Shown here: positions 55,319 through 64,000 of the stretch, piece after piece
Numbering within the stretch: position 1 is the first letter of the stretch
Layout of the letters: the number at the start of each line of letters is the position of its first letter
Assembly (NCBI GenBank): GCA_009784615.1
Contig: WRBJ01000003.1
Location: 19,005-83,004, forward strand
Length of the DNA: 64,000 nucleotides
From: Defluviitaleaceae bacterium
GTDB taxonomy: Bacteria; Bacillota; Clostridia; Lachnospirales; WRAX01
Direction: 5' to 3'
Notes under the pieces: generated by a model
Seen by the model: the letters and a program-made list of their open reading frames with translations, nothing else
The model's database searches: none
Told to the model about the DNA's origin: nothing
Program-made: the position numbers and the translations under genes

Positions 55319-58300
55319 TTACAAAAATTTATTTAAATTACTGTCCAAAAATTTGCCAACAGTTGTTAAAATAACATCAAAATCGCTATGCAATAAAAGC
55401 TCGTCAATTTTACCAAAAAGCTCTTTGGTTGTTTTTGACCATTGTTTTTGTTTTAATTCTTCAAAAGCAACCTCGATGGCGACTTCGTCATAATCTTGGG
55501 CGGCGGCTTTAATTACGTTTAACTTTTCGTTTAGCAATACTATATCTTCGTCCGCAACATCAACGCCATTATCTGTTTCGTTAGGTTTAATGCTTTCTAT
55601 AAAAGCTGTTAAATCAGTTAAAAATGCGGGGGTTTCGGCGGTTATTACTATGGTATCTTTTGCTCTGCCTGCGTCTTCCAGCTTTTTTGCTATTGCAGAC
55701 AGTTCTTTGTTGCCTACATTAGCTAAAGCGGATTTCATACCGTGGGTGTTTATTTGGTATGTACGCAAATCTTCTTCGTTATAGGGTTCGCCTTTGTTTA
55801 TAATATCGTTAAGCAATGCTAAAGATTTTGTCGCATCACGCACAAAAATCTCGGCAAAATGCGGGTCTATACTTGGGGTATCGTCGGGTGTGTTTTGTAC
55901 ATCCTGCACTATGCCCGCCTGTTTGCGCACATTGTCAAGAACGTCTTGCGGCTGTTTATCCCTTATCAATTTGTTTAAAATATTATTTAGCTGGCGCACG
56001 TCAATAGGTTTTGATAAGAAATTATCAAAGCCATTTGACAAAAACACATTAGCCTGCCCCGAAACGGCATTTGCTGTTAACGCCACAATAGGCTCGGTAT
56101 AACCCATTTCACGCAAACGCTTTGTGGCTTCCATACCGTCCATTTCTGGCATCATATGGTCCATAAAAATTATGTCGTATTTTGCACCGGTCTTTACCTT
56201 TTCGATAGCTACAAGACCGCTTTCTGCGCTGTCTATATTTAGTTTATATGATGCCATAAGACCACGGGCAACGTATATATTTGTTTCTACATCATCCACA
56301 ATAAGCACCTTGCCGTACGGCATTGGTTCACGGCTTATTTGTGCCCGTTTCATTTGTGCCACACGGCTTGTGCGGAAGTTATGCAGGTTTTGTGCCATTT
56401 CTGCACCCAACGGCGGGCTGTCTGCCACAATGCCCTGCGGTAAACTTACGGTAAAAGTAGAGCCAACACCAAGCTCACTTTCAATAAAAATTTCGCCGTT
56501 CATTAAATTAATCATATTACGGGTTATGCTCATGCCAAGCCCCGTGCCTTCGGTGTTTCTGTTTGCCGCCATATTAAAACGGCTGTATTCGTCAAACAAC
56601 GCCGCCACTTGTTCCGGCGACATACCAAGCCCAGTGTCTTTTACGCTTACAATCAAATCAACCATATCCGCATTATCGCTGTTTGGCTGTGATAATACAG
56701 ACAATGCAACCGTGCCGGATTTAGAATATTTAAACGCATTTGACAACAAATTGTTTAAAATTTGTTTTACACGTAGCTCGTCACCCATAACATAGGTCGG
56801 CACATTATCGTCTACATTAACCTCAAATTCGATAGGTTTCGAGCCAATGCGCATCATATTTAACTGTGCCGTATCGCTTACAAGGCTTGCAATTTCGTAT
56901 TTTTCTACGCTTAGCTCCAATTTGCCTGCTTCTATTTTTGAAAGGTCTAGTATGTCGTTAATAATGCTAAGAAGCATATCCCCCGAAGCATAGATTTTTG
57001 CTAAACCTTCACGCACAGATGGGTCTAGGTCCTCGTTTTGTAATTGAATTTCTGTTATGCCCAAAATGGCGTTCATCGGCGTGCGAATTTCGTGGCTCAT
57101 CGTGCTTAAAAAACTGGATTTTGCCTTGTTTGCCGCTTCTGCTTCTTCTTTTTGTTTTTCGGCTTCCAAAATAAGATTTTTAACATTTGTAATATCCATC
57201 AATGTGCCTGTTATACGCACAACATTGCCATCTTTATCCCTTGTTGCTTCTGCTTGTACGTGTACATAGATGGTGTCGCCGTTTTTCTTAATCATTCTAT
57301 GCTCAACATCAAATGGCAGCGCACCCTCATTGCTTACTTGATATTCTTTCAGTTCGTTTAAAATCGCATCACGCTCGTCGGGATGAATAGCATTGGTCAC
57401 GCTGTCAAATTCATTAGGAAAATCTGTTTCATTTGTATATCCAAGAATCTGTCTAAGCTGGGGTGTAAAGGTAAATTTGTTTTCAATCCCATTTGCTCCA
57501 CTTATCACATCCATTTCCCAAAGCCCTATTTTAGAGGCTTTGACAGCAAGATCAAAACGTCTTAATTGATTTGCACTTGACCTTAATGCTTCTTTTGCTT
57601 CGGTAATATCCTGTGCGGCACCGCTACAGCGTGTCGCAATGCCACGTGGATTGCGGAAAGTGGTGCAGGTGCTGTGCAAATATGCAATACTGCCGTCTTT
57701 TTTAATTGCACGATATTCAATATCATAGGGTGTTTCGTCTGTTTTATCCGTAATATGTGCAGAAAAAGCGTCTAAAACCCTTTGGCTATCTTCGGGGTGA
57801 ATTTTAGTACCAAAACCTTCCATTGTGTTGGGAAAATCGTCCAAATCGTCATAGCCTAGCATATTGCGCAATTCGTCGCTCCACGTATATACATTGTCTG
57901 TTAAATCTATGCCGCCACTTACAAATTCCACTTCCCACAAAGCCAGCTTTGCCGATTTTATAGCAAGATTAATTTTTGCCATTTGCATCTCGTTTTGCTC
58001 TTTAGATGATTGATATTCTTTTTCAATTTCTTGAAAGCCCGTTAAATCCATCATATCAAGCGCAATAACAAAATCGTCACCAAATGGGATTTTTTCAAGG
58101 TCTATGGCAACACTACGCTCGCCGCCAAACATTATAAATTCGGTTTCAAAACGAATATGCCCTTCGTGTACCACAGATTTTAACCGCTCTTTAAATGGCA
58201 CACTGTGTTGACCGTTGGACAAAACCTTTGGAATACATTCGTCAATACGGGCAAAAAAGCCGTTTAACAGCGCCTCTCGGGTACGAAAATTAAAAAATTG

Positions 58301-58510
58301 GCACGCAGAAGGGTTGCAATCTACCGCAACAAGTTCGTGGTTAAATAGCATACTTGCGTTTGGATTAGATTCAAACAATGCTGTGCGCATATTTTCGTCA
58401 TACTGTTTTCTGCCGCCAACCGAAGCCGCCGAAACACTGGCGGTATCAGAATTATTTTCCACAGTAATGCTTTTTCCGTCCTCGCCTACTCTAATAATAA
58501 TTTCAACCAT
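55319..58510 (-). CDS. Cytoplasmic hybrid sensor histidine kinase (PAS x3, HisKA, HATPase, REC, HPt)
   Basis: H-box FLSTMSHEIRTPMN, G-boxes DTGLGM/GTGLGM, receiver VLIVDDVETN...DIIFMDHMMPEMDG and C-terminal HPt INTHGMKSA are present. No TM segment is visible. Confidence 0.85.
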   Translation of the reverse strand: MVEIIIRVGEDGKSITVENNSDTASVSAASVGGRKQYDENMRTALFESNPNASMLFNHELVAVDCNPSACQFFNFRTREALLNGFFARIDECIPKVLSNGQHSVPFKERLKSVVHEGHIRFETEFIMFGGERSVAIDLEKIPFGDDFVIALDMMDLTGFQEIEKEYQSSKEQNEMQMAKINLAIKSAKLALWEVEFVSGGIDLTDNVYTWSDELRNMLGYDDLDDFPNTMEGFGTKIHPEDSQRVLDAFSAHITDKTDETPYDIEYRAIKKDGSIAYLHSTCTTFRNPRGIATRCSGAAQDITEAKEALRSSANQLRRFDLAVKASKIGLWEMDVISGANGIENKFTFTPQLRQILGYTNETDFPNEFDSVTNAIHPDERDAILNELKEYQVSNEGALPFDVEHRMIKKNGDTIYVHVQAEATRDKDGNVVRITGTLMDITNVKNLILEAEKQKEEAEAANKAKSSFLSTMSHEIRTPMNAILGITEIQLQNEDLDPSVREGLAKIYASGDMLLSIINDILDLSKIEAGKLELSVEKYEIASLVSDTAQLNMMRIGSKPIEFEVNVDDNVPTYVMGDELRVKQILNNLLSNAFKYSKSGTVALSVLSQPNSDNADMVDLIVSVKDTGLGMSPEQVAALFDEYSRFNMAANRNTEGTGLGMSITRNMINLMNGEIFIESELGVGSTFTVSLPQGIVADSPPLGAEMAQNLHNFRTSRVAQMKRAQISREPMPYGKVLIVDDVETNIYVARGLMASYKLNIDSAESGLVAIEKVKTGAKYDIIFMDHMMPEMDGMEATKRLREMGYTEPIVALTANAVSGQANVFLSNGFDNFLSKPIDVRQLNNILNKLIRDKQPQDVLDNVRKQAGIVQDVQNTPDDTPSIDPHFAEIFVRDATKSLALLNDIINKGEPYNEEDLRTYQINTHGMKSALANVGNKELSAIAKKLEDAGRAKDTIVITAETPAFLTDLTAFIESIKPNETDNGVDVADEDIVLLNEKLNVIKAAAQDYDEVAIEVAFEELKQKQWSKTTKELFGKIDELLLHSDFDVILTTVGKFLDSNLNKFL

Positions 58511-58538
58511 ATGCCAATCTCCTTTGCATTTAAAAATT

Positions 58539-59576
58539 TTATCGTGACACTGCCTTAAATCTTTCTTGGCTTTCTTCTAAAACTTTTGCCATAACGGGGT
58601 CAAACTGTGTTCCTGCGTTTTCTACAATCATTGCAACCGCTTGTTCGCTTGTCATTCCCGTTTTGTATGGGCGGACAGAAACCAAAGCATCGTAAACATC
58701 CACAACAGCCATTGCACGGGCAAAAACGTGCGTGGCTTCGCCAGCGGTGCCGTTTGGGTATCCCCTGCCGTCCCAACGCTCGTGATGTGCGCCTGCAAAA
58801 ATCTTTGCATTTTGCAAAAATTCTACATCGCCAACACGTTCAATCATTTGTTCTATAATCCTTGCGCCTTCTGCGCTATGGCTTTTCATAATAACAAATT
58901 CTTCGTCAGTTAGCTTGCCTTCTTTGTTAAGCACAAAGTCAGAAATAGTTATTTTACCCACATCGTGCAGTCTTGCGGACAAAATAAGCATATCCATATT
59001 TGTACTTTCGATAATTTCTTTATGTAAATCTCTTGCCAATAATTCTTCTAACAAAATGCTTAAATAAATGCTTGTACGTTGAATATGTCCGCCCGTAACA
59101 TAATCACGGTTAGCTACCGTATCTGCCAAAACAGATACAACACCTGTTTGTATGCGTTGTAGCTCTATGGTTTTTTCTTGCAATTGTGCCGTGCGTTCAC
59201 GTATCAGCCCGTCAATATCTAAATGCGATTTTATACGGTTGCGTAAAACTGGTTCTGAAAAAGGCTTGCCTACAAAATCGACAACGCCCATTTCAAAACC
59301 CTTAACTTCTATCGCAGTATCCGTCATACTTGTTAAAAATATGATGGGTATTCTTGCCGTATTCTCGTTAGCTTTTAAAAGCTGTAACGCTTCAAACCCA
59401 TCCATCTCTGGCATTTCGATGTCAAGCAAAATTAAATCGGGTGTCATCTTTTCCATCATCGCAAACATTTTAGCCGCCGATGGCAATGTCATAACCCTAT
59501 ATTCGTCCTTTAAAGCCTCTTTTGCCATCGTTAAATTAATATCATTATCGTCCACTACAAAAATAATTTTTGACAT
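58539..59576 (-). CDS. Response regulator with an HD-GYP domain (c-di-GMP phosphodiesterase type)
   Basis: REC (IIFVVDDNDINL...LILLDIEMPEMDG) is followed by HD (RLHDVGKI) and HHERWDGRGYP. Confidence 0.85.
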   Translation of the reverse strand: MSKIIFVVDDNDINLTMAKEALKDEYRVMTLPSAAKMFAMMEKMTPDLILLDIEMPEMDGFEALQLLKANENTARIPIIFLTSMTDTAIEVKGFEMGVVDFVGKPFSEPVLRNRIKSHLDIDGLIRERTAQLQEKTIELQRIQTGVVSVLADTVANRDYVTGGHIQRTSIYLSILLEELLARDLHKEIIESTNMDMLILSARLHDVGKITISDFVLNKEGKLTDEEFVIMKSHSAEGARIIEQMIERVGDVEFLQNAKIFAGAHHERWDGRGYPNGTAGEATHVFARAMAVVDVYDALVSVRPYKTGMTSEQAVAMIVENAGTQFDPVMAKVLEESQERFKAVSR

Positions 59577-59598
59577 CCTGACAATCTCCTTTTTAATT

Positions 59599-59641
59599 AA
59601 AAAAATAATCCGTAGCACACCCCAGTTGCACTACGGATTAT
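59599..59641 (-). terminator. ileS terminator
   Basis: The minus-strand RNA reads AUAAUCCGUAG...CUACGGAUUAU followed by a U7 run. Confidence 0.7.
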
Positions 59642-59689
59642 TATATGGTATATTACCGCAAAAGTCAAGCAATTATGCTTTCCTTTTTA

Positions 59690-62600
59690 TTATTGTTTCG
59701 TAACCCAAAACTGGGTGTTTTCGCCGTTAATGTCCCATTGTTTGTTAAAGCCTTCGCCAATGGTTTGCGTAATTGTGATGGCTTGCGTTTCGCCGCAAAT
59801 ATAATCTGCATTTTTAGCAATTATATCGTGCAATGTCTGCGAGCCTTTGTAAGATACTGTAATTTTATCCATCACCTCAAAACCTGCTTCTTTGCGCATT
59901 GTTTGGATTTTAGAGATAATTTCACGCACAAAGCCTTCTTCTACAAGCTCGTCGGTTAGCGTTGTGTCCAACACAACCAAAAAGCCGTCTTGCATTTGTG
60001 CCGACATACCTTCTTGTTGCACATCTTCAACCAACACATCATCCATTGTCAAATATACGGCACTTCCATCTATTGTCAGCGTAATACCGTCAGCCTGCAA
60101 AGCCGCCCAAAGCTCGTTGCCGTCACCGCTTGCAAGCTCTGCACCAATTTTTGGTAAAATTTTGCCATATTTTGGTCCCAGCACCTTCAAATTAGGTTTA
60201 ATTTTACGCCCAACCATACCGCTTGCGTCGTCAATAGGCTCTACCGCTTTGATATTAAGTTCTTCTTTCACAATGTCAAGATATTCTAGCGAAATTGTTG
60301 TACCTGTTTTAGCTTGCACAAACATCTTTGCCAAAGGCTGGCGGTTTTTAATATTTGCGGCATTTCTGGCGGCACGCCCTGCTGTTACAATGCTAAGCAC
60401 AGCACCCATATCTGCTTCCAATTTATCATCAACAAGCGAAGCGTCATAGCTTGGAAAATCGCATAAATGTACAGACCGTGGCATTTTTTGTGTCAAGTTT
60501 TGGTAAATTTCTTCCGCCATAAAAGGTATATAAGGCGCACATAGCTTGGACAATGTAACAAGTGCCGTATGCAATGTTAAATAAGCGTCAATTTTATCTT
60601 GTTCCATACCGCTTGCCCAAAAACGCTCACGGCTACGTCGCACATACCAATTGCTTAAATCATCCACAAATCGGGCTATTTCACGTGATGTTTCTGTAAT
60701 CTTATATTCCGCAAGCCCTTCGTCCACATTTTTTATAAGCGTGTTAAGGCGGGATGTTAGCCATTTATCCATAGGATGCTGCGGCGGACGTGCTTCGTGC
60801 GTTGTTGGGTCAAAATTATCAATATTGGCATAAAGCACATAAAACGCATAGGTGTTATAAAGCGTGCCTAAAAACTTACGCCGCACTTCATCCAACAAAT
60901 TTTTGTCAAAGCGGTTTGGAAGCCAAGGGGCAGAAGCAGAATAAAAATACCAACGCATAGTGTCTGCGCCATATTCATTAACAACATCCCAAGGCACTTT
61001 GTTTCCTTTAGATTTAGACATTTTAAAACCCTTGTCATCCAAAACAAGCCCTGCGACCATTACGTTTTTATACGCAGGCTTGTCAAACAACAATGTAGAT
61101 ATAGCCAAAAGAGTATAAAACCAACCACGTGTTTGGTCCATTCCTTCCGAAATGAAGTCGGCTGGGAAGTTTTTCTCAAATAATTCCTTATTTTCAAAAG
61201 GATAGTGATGTTGAGCAAAAGGCATAGAGCCTGCGTCAAACCAACAGTCTATCACCTCTGGCACACGGTGCATTGTGCCGCTGTTACATTTTTTGCAAGC
61301 AAAAGCAACCCTGTCAATTTCTGGTTTGTGAAATTCGGTAACTTTTTGCCCGCTTAATTCTTCCAACTCTGCAAAGCTACCTATTGCGTGAAAACCGCCG
61401 CAATCCTTACATTCCCAAACCGGCAAAGGTGTGCCCCAATAACGCTCGCGCGAAAGCGACCAGTCAATAACATTTTCTAAAAAATTGCCAAAACGCCCGT
61501 GTTTTACATTTTCGGGCATCCAATTAATTTGTTCGTTATTCGTCATCAATTTATCCCGCATTTTGCTCATTTCTATAAACCAAGCAGAGCGGGCATAATA
61601 AAGCAAAGGTGTATTACAACGCCAGCAATGCGGGTAGTTATGCGTTGTTTTTATTGTTTTATAAACCAAATCACGCTCTTGCATATAGTCAAGAATTTTT
61701 GGGTCGGCTTTTTTAGCAAATATTCCCTTCCAAGGCGTTTGCTCTGTCATTTCACCCTTGTCGTTTACTAGCTGAACAAACGGCAAGCCATATTTACGTG
61801 CGACACGGTTATCATCGTCACCAAAAGCAGGGGCTTGATGAACAACGCCCGTACCTTCCGTCAACAAAACATAAGGGTCGCAAACAATATAATGACTAGG
61901 CACGTCAAAGTCAACAAAATCAAACAGCGGTACATATTCCAACCGCTCTAAATCCTTTCCCTTCATTTCTTCTATAACACTATAATCTTCGCCCAAAACG
62001 CTTTGCACAAGCGATTTTGCAAGGATATATACTTTATCGTTTTGTTCGGCACGAACATAGGTTTCGTCCGCATTAACGCACAATGCCACATTCGACGGCA
62101 ATGTCCACGGTGTTGTTGTCCACGCCAAGATGTATTCGTTTTCACGATTGCGTACTTTAAACTGCGCCACAACCGATTTTTCCGTTAACTCCTTATAACC
62201 CTGCGCCACTTCGTGCGAGCTTAGGCTTGTGCCGCAACGGCTACAATAAGGCAAAACCTTATGCCCTTTATACAACAAACCCTTATCCCATATTGTTTTT
62301 AAAGCCCACCAAACACTTTCGATATAATTATCGTCATAAGTTACATATGGGTTTTCCATATCTATCCAAAAACCTATACGCTCACTCATTTGCTCCCAAA
62401 CATCCTTATATTTCCAAACAGATTCCTTGCACTGCGCAATAAACGGCGCAACACCATAATCTTCAATTTGCCCTTTGCCACTAATGCCCAATTTCTTCTC
62501 AATCTCAAGCTCTACAGGCAAGCCGTGCGTATCCCACCCCGCTTTGCGTGAAACATAAAAACCCTTCATCGTCTTGTATCGTGGTATAATATCCTTCAAA

Positions 62601-62788
62601 GCACGGGCAATAACGTGATGCACGCCGGGTTCGCCATTTGCTGTCGGCGGCCCTTCATAAAAAATAAACGGCTCTTTGCCTTGTGTATTTTTAATGGCCT
62701 GCTCAAAGACCTTATTTTCCCGCCAAAAATCAAGCACTTGCCTTTCACGCTCTGCAAAATTTAAATCTGCATTAACTTTTTTGTACAT
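59690..62788 (-). CDS. ileS: Isoleucine--tRNA ligase
   Basis: The HIGH-type motif (PTANGEPGVHHV), KMSKS and a Zn-binding CWRC...C.DC are present. The ATG at 62788 follows GAGGAAG, giving 1032 aa. Confidence 0.95.
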   Translation of the reverse strand: MYKKVNADLNFAERERQVLDFWRENKVFEQAIKNTQGKEPFIFYEGPPTANGEPGVHHVIARALKDIIPRYKTMKGFYVSRKAGWDTHGLPVELEIEKKLGISGKGQIEDYGVAPFIAQCKESVWKYKDVWEQMSERIGFWIDMENPYVTYDDNYIESVWWALKTIWDKGLLYKGHKVLPYCSRCGTSLSSHEVAQGYKELTEKSVVAQFKVRNRENEYILAWTTTPWTLPSNVALCVNADETYVRAEQNDKVYILAKSLVQSVLGEDYSVIEEMKGKDLERLEYVPLFDFVDFDVPSHYIVCDPYVLLTEGTGVVHQAPAFGDDDNRVARKYGLPFVQLVNDKGEMTEQTPWKGIFAKKADPKILDYMQERDLVYKTIKTTHNYPHCWRCNTPLLYYARSAWFIEMSKMRDKLMTNNEQINWMPENVKHGRFGNFLENVIDWSLSRERYWGTPLPVWECKDCGGFHAIGSFAELEELSGQKVTEFHKPEIDRVAFACKKCNSGTMHRVPEVIDCWFDAGSMPFAQHHYPFENKELFEKNFPADFISEGMDQTRGWFYTLLAISTLLFDKPAYKNVMVAGLVLDDKGFKMSKSKGNKVPWDVVNEYGADTMRWYFYSASAPWLPNRFDKNLLDEVRRKFLGTLYNTYAFYVLYANIDNFDPTTHEARPPQHPMDKWLTSRLNTLIKNVDEGLAEYKITETSREIARFVDDLSNWYVRRSRERFWASGMEQDKIDAYLTLHTALVTLSKLCAPYIPFMAEEIYQNLTQKMPRSVHLCDFPSYDASLVDDKLEADMGAVLSIVTAGRAARNAANIKNRQPLAKMFVQAKTGTTISLEYLDIVKEELNIKAVEPIDDASGMVGRKIKPNLKVLGPKYGKILPKIGAELASGDGNELWAALQADGITLTIDGSAVYLTMDDVLVEDVQQEGMSAQMQDGFLVVLDTTLTDELVEEGFVREIISKIQTMRKEAGFEVMDKITVSYKGSQTLHDIIAKNADYICGETQAITITQTIGEGFNKQWDINGENTQFWVTKQ

Positions 62789-62897
62789 TGCGCTTCCTCG
62801 CTTTCGTGTCATTTTCAACATTATAACAAAAAAAATCTGCACTTGCAAGCATAAACAAAACGTGATAAGATTGAAAAAAACGAAAGCGAGAATTAAA

Positions 62898-63557
62898 ATG
62901 ACTATTTCACTAATAAAACGTCTTTTCATCTATAACCTAGGTATGTTAATATTAGCCTTCGGCACCGCCTTCACCATCAATTCTGACCTAGGCGTATCGC
63001 CCGTTTCATCATTACCATTTATTTTGTCCGAGGTATCAGGCTTTAACATCGGTCTAATGTCCGCCGCCTTTTTCGGCGTTTTAGTGCTTTTGCAAATAAT
63101 CATATTAGGCAAAAATTTTAAATGGATAAATTTAATACAGCTTCCCTTCGCCTTCATCTTCGGCTATTTCCTAGACTTCGCCCGCTGGGTGCTGGGCACA
63201 ATACAATTTCCTACATATTTCGGACGATTAGGAATGTTAATAATTGGTATTATTTTAATAGCAATGGGCATTGTTTTTCTAATACTTGCCCGTATAATAA
63301 TTATGCCGCCAGAAGCCCTTTGTCAAGCTCTTTCGCAACGCTTTCCACGCATAAAATTCCACATAGCAAAAATTGTGATGGATTGCGCAATAGTCGCAAT
63401 ATCCATCACAATCTCTCTATCATTTTTAGGCAACCTTGAAGGCATCCGCGAAGGAACAGTAATCTCCGCCATAGCTATAGGTAAAATCATCCCCTACATC
63501 AAGAAAATTTTAGAACCCATAGCAAACAAAATCATCCCACATAGATTATCCGATTAA
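62898..63557 (+). CDS. YczE/YitT-like integral membrane protein
   Basis: ATG at 62898. Multi-TM protein with an N-terminal LG.S.....PF pattern typical of YczE-like proteins. Confidence 0.55.
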   Translation: MTISLIKRLFIYNLGMLILAFGTAFTINSDLGVSPVSSLPFILSEVSGFNIGLMSAAFFGVLVLLQIIILGKNFKWINLIQLPFAFIFGYFLDFARWVLGTIQFPTYFGRLGMLIIGIILIAMGIVFLILARIIIMPPEALCQALSQRFPRIKFHIAKIVMDCAIVAISITISLSFLGNLEGIREGTVISAIAIGKIIPYIKKILEPIANKIIPHRLSD

Positions 63558-63661
63558 CATTATATAGCTAACGTCCTCTCAATCAGTGAATGACTGCGCC
63601 GCAAAACTCAGTGAACCTTTGAGATTTTGCGGCTTGCATTCACTGTTTCGAGGTTCGTTCG

Positions 63662-64000
63662 CTATAGCGCATTGTTTAATCTGCTTTTAGCAGTTTTGCA
63701 ACCCATAGCAGAGGCTTTTGTATACCAAAATGCAGCAAGTTCTTGGTCTTTTCTTATGCCCTTGCCTTTTTCATAATGCCAGCCAAGGTACGTTTGGGCA
63801 ATCATATCGTCTTGGTCGGCGGCTTTTGCAAACCAATATGCGGCTTCTTCGTGGTCTTTTTCCACACCCTCGCCTTTGTGATAGCACAAACCAACGGCTC
63901 GTTGCGCAACGGCAACACCTTGCTCCGCCGCTTGTTCAAACCAATAGGCAGCCTTTGGCAAATCTTTTTTCACAGTATTTCCTGTATAATAGTAAAAACC
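63662..64000 (-). CDS. Sel1-like (SLR/TPR) repeat protein, partial (5' end lies outside the window)
   Basis: Repeats of the form G.GV.KD...A..W(F/Y).KAA.QG..A are present, and the frame stays open to base 64000. Confidence 0.75.
   Translation of the reverse strand, partial: GFYYYTGNTVKKDLPKAAYWFEQAAEQGVAVAQRAVGLCYHKGEGVEKDHEEAAYWFAKAADQDDMIAQTYLGWHYEKGKGIRKDQELAAFWYTKASAMGCKTAKSRLNNAL

Noticed and set aside
62789-62897. A T-box leader upstream of ileS.
   Set aside because: Only about 110 bp separates ileS from the divergent membrane protein gene. That is too short for a T-box, and no GGTGGTAC core is present.

Overview
The window looks like chromosome from a low-GC Gram-positive bacterium, probably a spore-forming Clostridia-type Firmicute. 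Supporting signs are cwlD, an abrB-like gene, T-box control, split transketolase and the rpmG-secE-nusG-rplK context. Coordinates 1-32 kb are mostly housekeeping. They hold the recQ 3' end, selO, ygiQ, a solitary mazF, T-box-controlled metNIQ, an interrupted L11/L1 ribosomal operon, an XRE-TPR regulator with a coupled secreted propeptide, an ECF sigma/anti-sigma pair, cwlD, rbgA, tktAB and two ABC exporters with an AraC regulator.

Coordinates 32.1-43.9 kb are one tightly packed minus-strand block of siphovirus-type genes: small and large terminase, portal, capsid, connectors, tail tube, chaperones, a short tape measure, distal tail proteins and a holin. No integrase, repressor, replication genes or endolysin are visible. 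A Panacea(DUF4065)/membrane-protein pair sits between the two terminase genes. Directly upstream (43.9-44.66 kb) is an unusual non-coding island. It contains a duplicated strong promoter cassette with a terminator after each copy, a self-contained ~190 nt ncRNA unit, and a nested palindromic element.

The top candidate for something undescribed is this phage-derived cluster together with its regulatory island, read as a GTA-like or domesticated element. That reading is inference only.

Coordinates 44.7-64 kb hold an ABC-2 transporter, tRNA-Ser(GCU), and a compact pilus-like operon whose only ATPase is a PilT-type protein. They also hold a transglutaminase-like protein, a PT-rich surface protein, a ToxR-like membrane regulator, a signalling cluster (OmpR-type RR, cytoplasmic hybrid kinase, REC-HD-GYP), ileS, a YczE-like membrane protein and a partial Sel1-repeat gene.

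All functional calls come from reading the translated ORFs and motifs by eye. No database search was run.
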